Assembly (NCBI GenBank): GCA_902634185.1
Contig: CACPJC010000001.1
Location: forward strand, 96,001 to 160,000
Direction: 5' to 3'
Source: an uncultured Candidatus Actinomarina sp.
GTDB taxonomy: Bacteria > Actinomycetota > Acidimicrobiia > Actinomarinales > Actinomarinaceae
DNA: 64,000 nucleotides
Notes under the pieces: generated by a model
Databases searched by the model: none
What the model was told of the DNA's origin: nothing
What the model saw: only the letters and a program-made list of their open reading frames with translations
Shown here: positions 1 to 10,849 of the stretch, piece after piece
Numbering within the stretch: position 1 is the first letter of the stretch
Layout of the letters: each line of letters opens with the position of its first letter
Program-made: the position numbers and the translations under genes

Positions 1-222
1 AACAATATTTATCTTCAATTGATAGATGAAAAAGATGAAAACACTTTTATAAATTTAGATACTGGAGAAATTACAAAAGATCTTTCTCACAATAATTATG
101 GATTGATAATAAAAATGTCTATTCAAACATTTAACGAATTAAAAAATAATGAAAAACATCCAGAAGATTTAATGTTTGAAGAGAAAATTAAGATTTCTGG
201 CGATCTCAAGTTATTACAGTAA
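1..222 (+). CDS. Partial (5'-truncated) SCP2/sterol-carrier-like domain protein
   Basis: Frame open from base 1 (NNIYLQLIDEK...); C-terminal 'IKMSIQTFNEL...PEDLMFEEKIKISGDLKLL' resembles the end of SCP2 domains. Confidence 0.55.
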   Translation, partial: NNIYLQLIDEKDENTFINLDTGEITKDLSHNNYGLIIKMSIQTFNELKNNEKHPEDLMFEEKIKISGDLKLLQ

Positions 223-250
223 AAAGAAAAGACGGCTATGCCGTCTTTTC
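221..250. terminator. Intrinsic terminator between convergent SCP2-like gene and hup
   Basis: GAAAAGACGGC-TAT-GCCGTCTTTTC perfect 11-bp inverted repeat (226-250) with A-run at 221-225. Confidence 0.85.
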
Positions 251-269
251 AAATGATTAAAATCAAGAA

Positions 270-542
270 TTAGTTCAAACTATCTTTTAATCCTTTTGCA
301 GCTTTAAAAGCTGGTGCATTTTTTGCAGCAATCTGGATTGTTTCTCCAGTTGCTGGATTTCTACCCTGTCTAGCAGCCCTGTATCTTGACTCAAACTGTC
401 CAAATCCAGCAATACTTACTTTATCGCCATTCTTCATACCGTTTGTTATGCCATCAAAAACTGCGTCAACAGCTGCTTTTGCGTCTGATTGTGACAATCC
501 TACTTCTGATGCCACTACGCTTGCCAATTGGTCTTTATTCAT
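270..542 (-). CDS. hup: DNA-binding protein HU
   Basis: MNKDQL...GFGQF...RQGRNPATGETIQI...PAFKA HU signature. Confidence 0.97.
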   Translation of the reverse strand: MNKDQLASVVASEVGLSQSDAKAAVDAVFDGITNGMKNGDKVSIAGFGQFESRYRAARQGRNPATGETIQIAAKNAPAFKAAKGLKDSLN

Positions 543-647
543 AGCTGTTTTGCCTTTCTTTAATATTCTTAAGGCAATTATAGTTTTTTTATTAAAAATA
601 TCTTAAAAATACAATAAATATTGGGTTTTTTTTGAAAAAGACTGATT

Positions 648-1586
648 TTATTGATTTTTTATGTTATTGAGCTCTTCAACCTTAGCTTTTACAGCGTTTG
701 ATGCATCAATTAGTGCATTTTTTTCATGTTCGGTAAGTTCAAATTCTACTACTTCCGTGACCCCATCCTTGCCTAGTTTTGCAGGCACTCCTAGATATAC
801 GTTATCAATACCGTATTGACCTTCAAGCCAAGCACAAACAGGAAATATTTCATCTGAATTGTTTATTATTGATTTAACCATGACTGCCGCTGAAGAAGCA
901 GGAGCAAAATATGCACTCCCAGTTTTCAGCAATCCAACAATTTCAGCACCTCCATTAGAAGTTTTCTCAACCAGCTCATTTATATCAGATTCACTCAAAA
1001 TATCTATAAGAGGTTCTCCTTTCACCGTACAAAGTGATGGAACAGGGACCATTGTTTCTCCGTGACTTCCTAAGGTTAGTGCGTATACATCAGAGGTATC
1101 AACAGAAAGCTTTTCAGCGATAAAATATGCGAACCTCGATGAATCTAAAATTCCTGCTTGTCCCATGACTTTATTTTTAGGCAAACCAGAAACATCTGAA
1201 GCAAGAGTAGTCATTTGATCAAGTGGATTCGTCACAACAACGATTGAAGGGTTGTCAGAATACTTTAATATTTCCTCAGTCACACCTTCAACAATTTTTG
1301 CATTTACCTCTAACAAATCCATTCGAGACATTCCTGGCTTACGTGGTAAACCAGCAGTTATAACGACTACATCACTTCCTTCTGTGTCCTTATAATCATT
1401 AGTTCCTATTAGTTTTGTGTTGAATTGTTCAACAAATCGTGACTGATTGATATCAAGGGCAAGCCCTTGAGGAAGGCCTTCAACAATATCTGTCATTACA
1501 ACTTCTTGTACAATATCGTACTCAGCTATTCTTAACGCTGTCATCGATCCATACTTTCCAGCTCCAACAACTGTAACCTTATTCAT
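648..1586 (-). CDS. mdh: Malate dehydrogenase (LDH-like)
   Basis: GAGxxG Rossmann motif, TAGLPRKPGMSRMDL, NPLD, LDSSR, GSHG. Confidence 0.95.
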   Translation of the reverse strand: MNKVTVVGAGKYGSMTALRIAEYDIVQEVVMTDIVEGLPQGLALDINQSRFVEQFNTKLIGTNDYKDTEGSDVVVITAGLPRKPGMSRMDLLEVNAKIVEGVTEEILKYSDNPSIVVVTNPLDQMTTLASDVSGLPKNKVMGQAGILDSSRFAYFIAEKLSVDTSDVYALTLGSHGETMVPVPSLCTVKGEPLIDILSESDINELVEKTSNGGAEIVGLLKTGSAYFAPASSAAVMVKSIINNSDEIFPVCAWLEGQYGIDNVYLGVPAKLGKDGVTEVVEFELTEHEKNALIDASNAVKAKVEELNNIKNQ

Positions 1587-1589
1587 TTA

Positions 1590-2837
1590 CTACTTCTCCT
1601 TTTTTGAAGTTTTCATATTACTGATTAAAGCATTTGCAAATTCTGATGAAGAGAGAATTTTTTTGACACTTCTTCCTCGAGCAAGATCATAAGTTACTTT
1701 TCCTTCGAGAATTGTTTTCTCCATTGAGTTAACAATTAGATCAGCAGCACTATTCCAACCCATATATCGAAACATCATTACTCCTGACAAAATTAATGAT
1801 CCTGGATTTGTTTTATCTTGACCAGCATATTTAGGAGCAGTACCATGTGTTGCTTCAAAAACCGCTTTTCCATTTTCATAGTTTATGTTTCCTCCAGGAC
1901 TGATACCAATGCCTCCTATTTGAGCTGCTAAGGCGTCAGAAGCATAATCTCCATTGAGATTCGTTGTAGCAATTACATCAAACATTTGTGGTTTAATTAG
2001 GATTTGCTGTAAAAATGCATCTGCAATAACATCTTGTACTAATATTTTATCTCCAGGATCACCACCACAATCCTCCCATGAAACTGCAACATCTGAAAAC
2101 TCCGACTTTACAAGGTCGTAACCCCATTTTCTAAATGCACCTTCAGTAAACTTCATAATGTTTCCTTTATGCACTAAAGCAACATTTTTTTTATCATTTT
2201 CTACGGCATAATTAAGTGCTGCTCTTATCAGCCTTTCAGAAGCAGTCTGAGATATTGGTTTTATTCCAATCCCGCTGTCTATTCTTATATCCCATCCAAA
2301 TTCCTGTTTTAAAAAATTATTAAGTTTTTCAACATCTTCTGAGGAATTTTCTAGTTCTTTTCCTGCGTAGACATCTTCGGTATTTTCTCTAAATAATGTT
2401 ATATCTACATCTTGTGGGTTTTTTGTAGGAGTTTGAATGCCTTTGAAATATTTGATAGGCCTCAAGCAAACATATAAATCAAGTTCTTGTCTTATTGCAA
2501 CATTGATAGATCTTATTCCTTCACCTACAGGTGTAGTTAATGGACCTTTTATACCCACACCATATTCATTAAATGTTTCTAAAGTTTTATCTGGAAGCCA
2601 CTCAGAAGTTGTATCATAAGCTTTTTGTCCTGCTAAAACTTCTATCCAATTAATCTTTCTATCATTTTTGTAAGTTTTTTCGACTGCAGCATCAAAAACT
2701 TTTTTTGCAGCTGGCCAAATATCGATACCAATTCCATCCCCCTCAATGAAAGGAACAGTAGGATTGTCAGTATCAAAAGATTTTCTTGTCTCCTCAATAG
2801 CATTAATTAGATCTGTTCTTTTTAAATTTTCAGCCAT
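1590..2837 (-). CDS. icd: NADP-dependent isocitrate dehydrogenase (homodimeric, E. coli/Bacillus type)
   Basis: [55 protein letters not shown]. Confidence 0.95.
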   Translation of the reverse strand: MAENLKRTDLINAIEETRKSFDTDNPTVPFIEGDGIGIDIWPAAKKVFDAAVEKTYKNDRKINWIEVLAGQKAYDTTSEWLPDKTLETFNEYGVGIKGPLTTPVGEGIRSINVAIRQELDLYVCLRPIKYFKGIQTPTKNPQDVDITLFRENTEDVYAGKELENSSEDVEKLNNFLKQEFGWDIRIDSGIGIKPISQTASERLIRAALNYAVENDKKNVALVHKGNIMKFTEGAFRKWGYDLVKSEFSDVAVSWEDCGGDPGDKILVQDVIADAFLQQILIKPQMFDVIATTNLNGDYASDALAAQIGGIGISPGGNINYENGKAVFEATHGTAPKYAGQDKTNPGSLILSGVMMFRYMGWNSAADLIVNSMEKTILEGKVTYDLARGRSVKKILSSSEFANALISNMKTSKKEK

Positions 2838-3705
2838 TTATAACATCTTTCATTGCTTTTCCTATTTCAGTTGGCGTCTTAACAACTATTGCACCAGCAT
2901 CAGTTAAAGCTTGAATCTTTGCTTCTGCGGTGCCTTTGTTTCCTGAAACAATTGCTCCAGCATGGCCCATTTTTTTACCAGGAGGTGCCGTTACTCCAGC
3001 TATATATGACACAACAGGTTTTGTGACATTTTGTTTAATAAAATCTCCTGCTTCTTCTTCAGCTGTACCACCAATCTCTCCAATCATAACGATACCTTCT
3101 GTTTCACTATCTGCTTGAAATTTCTCAATTACATCTATGAATGACATTCCAGGTACTGGATCTCCACCAATACCTATACACGTTGATTGTCCAATATTAA
3201 GATTTGTTAACTCATGAACAGCTTGATAAGTCAAAGTTCCTGACCTTGAAACTACTCCTATATTTCCCGGTAATGTAATTTCGTGAGGCATAATTCCAAC
3301 ATTTGCCTTACCCGGTGATATTAAACCTGGACAATTTGGACCTAAAAGAGAGGCTTTTGTTTCTTTTTTCAGAATGTCATACATTTCAGCTTCATCTTTT
3401 GCTGGTATTCCTTCAGTTATACATACTATTAATTCACATCCACCAAATGCAGCTTCTAAAACTGCATCTTTTGCAAATGCAGGTGGGACAAAGGTGAGAG
3501 CAACATTAGCATTTGTTTCACTGACAGCTTTTTCAACATCATCAAATATAGGAATGCCTTCAACATTTTCCCCACCTTTTCCTGGTCTTGTTCCAGCTAC
3601 AATTTTGGTTCCATAATCTCTATTTCTCAGAGCATGAAATTGGCCTTCTCTACCGGTCAGACCTTGTACTACAACTTTTGTATTTTCATCTATGAGAATT
3701 GACAT
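2830..3705 (-). CDS. sucD: Succinyl-CoA synthetase alpha subunit
   Basis: [33 protein letters not shown] phospho-His motif. Confidence 0.97.
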   Translation of the reverse strand: MSILIDENTKVVVQGLTGREGQFHALRNRDYGTKIVAGTRPGKGGENVEGIPIFDDVEKAVSETNANVALTFVPPAFAKDAVLEAAFGGCELIVCITEGIPAKDEAEMYDILKKETKASLLGPNCPGLISPGKANVGIMPHEITLPGNIGVVSRSGTLTYQAVHELTNLNIGQSTCIGIGGDPVPGMSFIDVIEKFQADSETEGIVMIGEIGGTAEEEAGDFIKQNVTKPVVSYIAGVTAPPGKKMGHAGAIVSGNKGTAEAKIQALTDAGAIVVKTPTEIGKAMKDVING

Positions 3706-4839
3706 TTAAAGACCTTTCTGAACTGCCAATTTTGCAGCTGAATCCATTGACTCTTCTATGAATATTTTTTCATTAGGGTTTGCTCTTAATATCTCTAGTC
3801 CTTCTAAAGAATTCGTTCCGTCTAGCCTAATGATAATTGGCCATACAAGTTCTTTTCCTTTAGTTGCCTCGATTATTCCTTCAGCAACTAAATCACACCT
3901 TGTTATTCCACCAAATATATTTATCAATACTGACTTTACATTTTGATCAGCCTCTAAAACTTCAAGAGCGGAACTTACAGTCTCAGCTTTTGCTCCGCCA
4001 CCAATATCAAGAAAGTTGGCTGCTTTACCTCCATTTTCAGCAACAACATCAAGTGTAGACATTACTAAACCTGCGCCGTTTCCAATAATTCCAACAGACC
4101 CATCAAGTTTTATAAAATTTAAACCTTTTTCTTTCGCATTTTTCTCGGATTCAGGAATTGGTATTTCTTGTTCAAAATCATCAAAATATGGATGTTTATA
4201 TTTTGCATTCATATCTAATGTTACTTTTGAGTCAAGTGCCATTACACCATTGTCTGTAATTGCAAGAGGATTGACCTCTACAAGATCACAATCTCCTTCT
4301 GTGAACATCAAATACAAGTTTTCTATTATTTCTGAAAGACTTTCTTCATGATCTTTATTCAAATTAGCTTTGTGAATTAATTCGGAAATAGTTGATGACG
4401 TTAATTTTTCTGATGGACTTACATGAAACTTAACTAAGTCATCTGGATTTTCCTCTGCAACTTGTTCAATGTCCATACCTCCTTTAGCACTCAACATAAT
4501 TAGATATTTTTTTTCTGACCTGTCTAAAGTAAACGAGATGTAGTATTCCTCTAAAATATTTGATGCTTCCTCTAAGAGAAGAATTTCTACCTTGTGGCCT
4601 TTTATATTCATACCTAATATTTCTTCAGAATGTTGTGTTAACTCGTTAATGTCTTTAGCTACCTTGATACCCCCCGCTTTTCCTCTTCCCCCAACTTGTA
4701 CCTGGGCTTTCACAACAACGGGAAAATTAAGATTAATTGGGTCATTTAAATCATTTAGGTTTTTAATTAGTTTTGAATTGGGATGATTTATATTAAATTT
4801 TTGATATAAAGATTTTCCTTGATATTCAAATAAGTCCAT
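3706..4839 (-). CDS. sucC: Succinyl-CoA synthetase beta subunit
   Basis: MDLFEYQGK, KAQVQVGGRGKAGG, GNGAGLVMSTLD, NIFGGITRCD; SD GGGGGAG. Confidence 0.97.
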   Translation of the reverse strand: MDLFEYQGKSLYQKFNINHPNSKLIKNLNDLNDPINLNFPVVVKAQVQVGGRGKAGGIKVAKDINELTQHSEEILGMNIKGHKVEILLLEEASNILEEYYISFTLDRSEKKYLIMLSAKGGMDIEQVAEENPDDLVKFHVSPSEKLTSSTISELIHKANLNKDHEESLSEIIENLYLMFTEGDCDLVEVNPLAITDNGVMALDSKVTLDMNAKYKHPYFDDFEQEIPIPESEKNAKEKGLNFIKLDGSVGIIGNGAGLVMSTLDVVAENGGKAANFLDIGGGAKAETVSSALEVLEADQNVKSVLINIFGGITRCDLVAEGIIEATKGKELVWPIIIRLDGTNSLEGLEILRANPNEKIFIEESMDSAAKLAVQKGL

Positions 4840-4886
4840 TACTCCCCCAAAAGATTATATATTACCAAGTTCAAATATTAAAGATA

Positions 4887-7019
4887 TCATTCAAATATTA
4901 TTGGGGCCCATTCAATATCTAAATGTTTGATTCCATGCTCTCCACCAAAGTTAACTGTGATCTCATTACCATTCACTTCTTCAACAATTCCCGAACCATA
5001 TTTTTCATGTATCACTTTCTTTCCGAGAGAACCTACAGAATTACTTTTGTTATCGGTTGATTCTTGATGAATTTTAATTTCTTTCAAATAGGGTTTAGCT
5101 TCATCGATGAATCTGCTTGGAAGATAATAGTTTGTTCCTCCCCACATAGTTCTGGTATTTGAATATGTTAAATAAAGCTTTTTTTCAGCCCTCGTCATCC
5201 CAACATAACAAAGTCTTCTTTCTTCTTGTATTTCAAAATCAGTTTCAGATCTTTGACTAGGAAATATATTTTCCTCCATTCCAGTCATGAATACTACCGG
5301 GAACTCCAATCCTTTAGCATTATGTAGTGTCATAAGCAGAATTCTATCTTCTTTGTCTACATCGTCTGAATCTGTGAAAAGTGCAATTGATTCTAAATAT
5401 TCTCTAAGAACTGTAAATGGATCTTCTATGTCTTCTTCATATAAATTTTCAAATTCAAATGCTGAAGTAAGTAATTCATCAAGATTTTCTAATCTCATTT
5501 GAGAGTCTAAAGTTCCTTCTTTAACTAATTCATCTTTGTAGCCTGTTAATTCTAAAGTTTTTGAAATTGTTTCTGAAGGGCCCTGCAATGCAAAGGATTT
5601 CAAGTCATTAATTATCTCTTTGAAATTATTTATTTGTTTTTTTACCCTGTCAGATAAATTATTGATTTCATCCAGGTTTTCTATAGATTTTGATAAAGAA
5701 ATCTCATTTTTGTTTGCGTAATCTCTTAATTTCTGAAGTGTTGACTCCCCAATTCCTCTTTTGGGAACATTTAATATTCTCTCAAATGAGACTGTATCTT
5801 CAGGATTTATTAAGTAATTTAAATATGCAAGAATATCTTTAATCTCCTTCCTGTCGTAAAATCTCACATTACCAACAACCTTATAACTTAAACTTAATTT
5901 TCTTAACTCTTCTTCAAAGAGTCTTGATTGATTATTTGTTCTATAAAAAATAGCAATTTCAGTAAACGCTTTATCTTCTAAAAGTTTATTTATTTGTTCA
6001 GCTATCCATCTTGATTCATCTCTTTCAGAGTTGAATTCAACTAAATTTACATCTGATCCTTCGTCATTATCAGTCCATAATTTTTTATCTTTTTTTCTTG
6101 GATTGTTTGATATTACCGCATTTGCAATATCTAAAATTTTTTGGGAAGACCTATAATTTTTTTCTAAAGATATAACTTTTGCATTTTTAAAGTCACTTTC
6201 AAACTCTTCAATATTTCTAATATCCGCACCCCTAAATGCATATATGCTTTGATCAGAATCCCCAACAACACAGATATTCTTATGTTTTGATGCAAGTAGT
6301 TCAACAAGACGATATTGCACCATATTAGTATCTTGATATTCGTCGATCATTATGTATTGAAATTTTGAAGACCAGTAATTTAGTGACTTGTCACTAGTCT
6401 CAAGAAGTTCTACTGCTTTAATTAGTAAGTCATCAAAATCCATTGAGTTAGCTAGCATAAGTTTTTTCTGATACGATGAATAAATCTCTGCGACTTTTAC
6501 ATCAAAAAACGATTGTGCAAATTCAACAGCTTCTCCAGGTAAGATCCTTTGATTTTTTAAAGATGAGATGTGTGCTTGTATTCTTTTTGGAGAATATTGT
6601 TTTGTGTCAATATCTGAATCTCGCATACAATTACGAACTAATTTTGTAGAGTCGCTTTGGTCGTAAATAGTAAAATTATTATTAAAGCCAATCAGATGGC
6701 CATGTATTCTTAACATTTTGACACAAAGACTATGAAACGTAGATATCCATTTCGGAGACAACTCAAGATTTAGTAAATCACTTATTCTATCTTTCATTTC
6801 ATTTGCAGCTTTATTTGTAAATGTAATAGCCAACACATTTTCAAAATTTATCCCATATGTTTTTATTAAATGTGCATATCTGTAAGTTAAGACTCTTGTT
6901 TTACCTGAACCTGCCCCAGCAATAATGAGTAAAGGACCATTAACATTTTCAATCGCTTCTTTTTGTTCATTATTTAGCAATCCTGACCATTCTTCAGGAA
7001 GTGGTTTTAATTTATTCAT
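4887..7019 (-). CDS. pcrA: ATP-dependent DNA helicase PcrA/UvrD
   Basis: AGAGSGKT, DEYQDTN, VGDSDQSIYAFRGA, TLHNAKGLEF, EERRLCYVGMTRA; C-terminal Tudor-like domain. Confidence 0.95.
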   Translation of the reverse strand: MNKLKPLPEEWSGLLNNEQKEAIENVNGPLLIIAGAGSGKTRVLTYRYAHLIKTYGINFENVLAITFTNKAANEMKDRISDLLNLELSPKWISTFHSLCVKMLRIHGHLIGFNNNFTIYDQSDSTKLVRNCMRDSDIDTKQYSPKRIQAHISSLKNQRILPGEAVEFAQSFFDVKVAEIYSSYQKKLMLANSMDFDDLLIKAVELLETSDKSLNYWSSKFQYIMIDEYQDTNMVQYRLVELLASKHKNICVVGDSDQSIYAFRGADIRNIEEFESDFKNAKVISLEKNYRSSQKILDIANAVISNNPRKKDKKLWTDNDEGSDVNLVEFNSERDESRWIAEQINKLLEDKAFTEIAIFYRTNNQSRLFEEELRKLSLSYKVVGNVRFYDRKEIKDILAYLNYLINPEDTVSFERILNVPKRGIGESTLQKLRDYANKNEISLSKSIENLDEINNLSDRVKKQINNFKEIINDLKSFALQGPSETISKTLELTGYKDELVKEGTLDSQMRLENLDELLTSAFEFENLYEEDIEDPFTVLREYLESIALFTDSDDVDKEDRILLMTLHNAKGLEFPVVFMTGMEENIFPSQRSETDFEIQEERRLCYVGMTRAEKKLYLTYSNTRTMWGGTNYYLPSRFIDEAKPYLKEIKIHQESTDNKSNSVGSLGKKVIHEKYGSGIVEEVNGNEITVNFGGEHGIKHLDIEWAPIIFE

Positions 7020-7029
7020 ACCCTAGGAA

Positions 7030-8001
7030 CTAAACTCCAACAACTGCGCTTACTTCATCCATTGTTTTTTTTGCAGAATTTTTAACATCATCAAGATTAT
7101 CTTTAATCAAAGAGGCAACATCTCCTTCACTTAATGAGTCATATCTTTCTTTAATTGGCTCTAAATAACTTACTACGCTTTCTCCAACCTCAATCTTAAA
7201 TTCACCATATGACGAATTTTTAAATTTATTTTCAACATCTGCATGAGTAAGTTCATGTAGTGTTGAATAAATATCAATTAAGTTGCTAATACCTTTTTTG
7301 GTTTCGTTATCAAATTTTATTTCATTTTCAGAGTCAGTAACTGAAGACTTGAACTTCTTAATAATCTCATCTTTTGAATCATCAAAATATATTGTTCCAT
7401 TTATATCATCTTTGCTTTTTGACATTTTGTTATCTGGGTGGCGTAAAGACATCAATCGAGCTCCTACTTTGCCAGTTGTTCTTTCAGGTAAAGGAAAAAT
7501 TTCACCATAAGAATTATTAAATCTTTCAACAATGTTTCTAGTTAGTTCTAAATGCTGAGTTTGATCGTCTCCAACAGGTACTTCATTAGCTTTGTGGATT
7601 AATATATCAGCAGCCATCAACACAGGATATGTAAGTATTCCAGCGTGGCTACCCAATTGATCTGCTTTTTCTTTAAATTGCGTCATTCGTTGCAGCTCTC
7701 CAATTTGGCAAAAGTTTGATAGGATCCAAGAAAGTTGTACATGCTCAGGAACATTACTTTGGATGTAAATGTTAGAATTTTTTTGATTAATTCCTGAAGA
7801 AATAAGGACTTTTATAGTTTCATTAATATTTTCTTGCATTAATGAAGGGTCTGGATGTGTAGTTAAAGAATGAAGATCGACAACACAAAAATAGTTTTTA
7901 TTTTCCTCATTTGATAAATGTACCCAATTATTTATAGCGCCTAATAAGTTTCCTAAATGCACTTTACCAGTGGGTTGAATTCCTGAAAAAACAGTTTTCA
8001 T
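7030..8001 (-). CDS. trpS: Tryptophan--tRNA ligase
   Basis: FSGIQPTG.VHLGN, RMTQFKEK, YPVLMAADIL, VPVGDDQTQHLEL, KMSKS. Confidence 0.97.
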   Translation of the reverse strand: MKTVFSGIQPTGKVHLGNLLGAINNWVHLSNEENKNYFCVVDLHSLTTHPDPSLMQENINETIKVLISSGINQKNSNIYIQSNVPEHVQLSWILSNFCQIGELQRMTQFKEKADQLGSHAGILTYPVLMAADILIHKANEVPVGDDQTQHLELTRNIVERFNNSYGEIFPLPERTTGKVGARLMSLRHPDNKMSKSKDDINGTIYFDDSKDEIIKKFKSSVTDSENEIKFDNETKKGISNLIDIYSTLHELTHADVENKFKNSSYGEFKIEVGESVVSYLEPIKERYDSLSEGDVASLIKDNLDDVKNSAKKTMDEVSAVVGV

Positions 8002-8060
8002 ATCTGCTATTCTAATAAACTAAATCGAAATGGAGTAATTTTATAAAATCCAAGTACACA

Positions 8061-8948
8061 ATGTCACCTTATGCAGGTTTAAGAAATATAGTTCTAATTG
8101 GTTTCTTATTTGGGTTTCATGGGTTACTAAATAGAAGTTTACTCATTGATAATGTAAGTGAAATTTTTATTGTAACTGCAAGAATTACAATCGTAACTGT
8201 TTTACTAGGAATATATTGTGGAAAAGAATTTTTAAGAGAAATTAATTTAAATTTTTTTTTGAAAGGTAGTTTAACCGGAACACTTGCTATTTTTATTCCT
8301 GGTTGGACCTTTATTTATGCATTAAAGAATATATCTTCTGGCTTACAAAGTATATTCATTTCTACAATTCCATTGTTTACAGTGTTTTGGGTTCTATTAC
8401 TTTTTAAAGAAGAAAAAATAACAAGATTAAAAATTATTTCAGTTCTAATAGGACTTATTGGATTAATAGTCTTATTCATGTCTGGTGCTACTGGTTTGTC
8501 AGGTGAGGGTGATTTACTTACAGGAGGAATCTTAGCTTTAGTAGGGGTTCAAGGATTAGCACTCAGTAACATAACAAATAAAAAAGACTCACAATATATT
8601 CCAGCTAAAACATACCTTTTTACTCAATGGCTATGTGGAAGCCTGATTTCAATGGTTTTATTTTTTGCTCTTGGTGGAGAAATTGAACCACTTAATTCGT
8701 CGGCAAACCTCAGACTTATGGGTCTCGTATTCATAGATATATTCAATTATTCACTCTTTTTCTACACAATAAAAAGACTCTCAGCAACTTTTACAACAAT
8801 GGTAGATTATGTCGTACCAATCACTGGAATTACCCTTGGTTATATCTTTTTAGATGAAATTGTAAATAATGTTTTTTACCCTACACTGCTGTTAATTTTT
8901 GTGTCTTTATACTTGGCTGTAAAAGATGAGGCAAATAATTTATACTAA
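8061..8948 (+). CDS. EamA/DMT family transporter
   Basis: About 10 hydrophobic segments in two repeats; 'ISSGLQSIFISTIPLFTV...FKEEKIT', 'LGYIFLDE'. Confidence 0.8.
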   Translation: MSPYAGLRNIVLIGFLFGFHGLLNRSLLIDNVSEIFIVTARITIVTVLLGIYCGKEFLREINLNFFLKGSLTGTLAIFIPGWTFIYALKNISSGLQSIFISTIPLFTVFWVLLLFKEEKITRLKIISVLIGLIGLIVLFMSGATGLSGEGDLLTGGILALVGVQGLALSNITNKKDSQYIPAKTYLFTQWLCGSLISMVLFFALGGEIEPLNSSANLRLMGLVFIDIFNYSLFFYTIKRLSATFTTMVDYVVPITGITLGYIFLDEIVNNVFYPTLLLIFVSLYLAVKDEANNLY

Positions 8949-9449
8949 ATTAACTCCAAGTAGCGCTCTTGTCATGTAAGCTGTTGCACCCCATAGGATT
9001 TGGTCTTGAAAATTAAAAATCCAATCATTTTCATAATTTCCTCGATAGATCCAATTATCCGAATTCTCTAAGTCTTCAATTTTAAGAAAATAAATGTCTT
9101 GAACTTCGTTCTCATTAAATCTATCTGGTTTGTCAGAGGTTTCACAAATTATTGGAAAGACTTTAAAAGCATACTCTACAGTATCAACATGATTTAAACT
9201 TCCAAGTGGTTTAATTGATGACTGTTTAATAAAAAGTTCTTCTTCTGCCTCTCTCAGTGCTGTTTCAACAATATTTTTATCTGAATTCTCTTTTTTACCA
9301 CCAGGAAAAGCAATATGACCTTTATGAGTCGGCAAATTTTCCGATCTTTTTATAAATAGGATCTCCTTATCGTCAACTATCAGAATTGCAACAGATGCAT
9401 AATCCTCCGAAAAAGAAGGGTATGGTTGAATTAATTTATCAAATTTCAA
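8940..9449 (-). CDS. Nudix hydrolase, CoA pyrophosphatase-like
   Basis: KRSENLPTHKGHIAFPGG...TALREAEEE Nudix box; ILWGATA; TTG start. Confidence 0.88.
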   Translation of the reverse strand: MKFDKLIQPYPSFSEDYASVAILIVDDKEILFIKRSENLPTHKGHIAFPGGKKENSDKNIVETALREAEEELFIKQSSIKPLGSLNHVDTVEYAFKVFPIICETSDKPDRFNENEVQDIYFLKIEDLENSDNWIYRGNYENDWIFNFQDQILWGATAYMTRALLGVNLV

Positions 9450-9451
9450 TC

Positions 9452-10183
9452 TTAACCAGAAGATTTTTCAGCAACAAAGTCTATTTCTATTCCGATTGGG
9501 TTTAATACCTCCCATGCATTGAATTTAGTTGGGGCGTCGAAACCAAACCAGGTCGTATCAACTTCAGTTATTCCTGAAATAAAAATATTATCGTCTTGCA
9601 TATATGCTGTAATCGAAAACGGTATATTAACTTCAATGTTTCTTATTGTTAAAACACCAACAACTGTTTCATCTATTTTTGAATCGAAATTATTGTTAGG
9701 CAAAACTAGTTCATCAATTTTATATATTGCACTAGGAAATAATTTTGACTCTAACCATTGATTTTTAATTGCACCATCTCTTATAGAGTTACCACTTTTT
9801 AAAGTGGATAAATCAACTGAAATGAGTAAATTTGAGATAAACAAACATGAATCAGCTTGATCACAATCATCTAAAGTCAATTCGAACCCGCCAACAATTT
9901 CATTGGTTGTGCCCCTGACGATCTCTAAATTTGAGTTTAAAAAGTCTTTTGGTGCAAGATAACTAGCTGTACTTTTTTCTTGGTTTATTGTATATAAATT
10001 ATCACTAAATTTTTCAATTTGCTCAACTTCTACTGTACTGGAGGTATAATTGCTCTCTTCATTTTCTACTTGTGTAGTAGTTACTTCTTCAGACGTTTGA
10101 TTTTCTTGATTTACTGGCTCTGCTTGTTGTGAACAGAATGTAACAAAAATCGCTAAGACTAAATATTTTGTTTTTCGAATCAT
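9452..10183 (-). CDS. YceI-like (lipid/polyisoprenoid-binding) lipoprotein
   Basis: Signal peptide ending FVTF-C, low-complexity linker, 'VDLSTLKSGNSIRDGAIKNQWLESKLFPSA', 'GVLTIRNI'. Confidence 0.75.
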   Translation of the reverse strand: MIRKTKYLVLAIFVTFCSQQAEPVNQENQTSEEVTTTQVENEESNYTSSTVEVEQIEKFSDNLYTINQEKSTASYLAPKDFLNSNLEIVRGTTNEIVGGFELTLDDCDQADSCLFISNLLISVDLSTLKSGNSIRDGAIKNQWLESKLFPSAIYKIDELVLPNNNFDSKIDETVVGVLTIRNIEVNIPFSITAYMQDDNIFISGITEVDTTWFGFDAPTKFNAWEVLNPIGIEIDFVAEKSSG

Positions 10184-10223
10184 ATACTTTTATTTTAACT
10201 TCTACAAAATGTTAGATTAAATT

Positions 10224-10808
10224 ATGTCGTTGGTTGCAAGAAAATATTTACAAGCAATCCTAGGAATTACTCTAATTGGTGTAGGTGTTGCTTGTAACTA
10301 TACAGCTAATTTAGGCCTTGGTCCTTGGGGTGTTTTCCATGATGGTATCTCGAAAACTATCGGTGTAACTTATGGCCAAGCTGGAATCCTAACTTCTTTG
10401 ATAACACTTTTTTTGTGGATTCCATTAAAACAGAAACCAGGAATTGCTACAGTCTTCGATGCTTTTTGGATAGGCTTAACTGCAGATTTTGTAATAAATA
10501 TAATAAGTTTCCCAAATCAAGTATTTATCCAATATTTAACACTTTTTTTTGGTATTACGCTCATTGGATTAGGAACAGCTATATATGTAGGTGGGGACCT
10601 TGGCGCTGGGCCAAGAGATGGTGTAATGGTTGGGTTAGAACAAAAAGGTCTAAAAATAGGTACTGCAAGAACAATAATTGAAGCTGTTGCTTTTTCATGT
10701 GGCTTTTTACTGGGCGGAAAAATAGGAATTGCGTCAATAATTATTGTATTTTCAGTTGGAAGAGTCGTTCAGTATTTTATTCCATTTTTTGATTTGAGAA
10801 AAAAGTAA
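10224..10808 (+). CDS. YczE/YyaS/YitT-like membrane protein
   Basis: LGLGPWGVFHDG, PGIAT, LGAGPRDG, LLGGKIGIA motifs. Confidence 0.85.
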   Translation: MSLVARKYLQAILGITLIGVGVACNYTANLGLGPWGVFHDGISKTIGVTYGQAGILTSLITLFLWIPLKQKPGIATVFDAFWIGLTADFVINIISFPNQVFIQYLTLFFGITLIGLGTAIYVGGDLGAGPRDGVMVGLEQKGLKIGTARTIIEAVAFSCGFLLGGKIGIASIIIVFSVGRVVQYFIPFFDLRKK

Positions 10809-10849
10809 TATAAATTCATTTCTAAATTTCAATATTATAAACTGAGCTT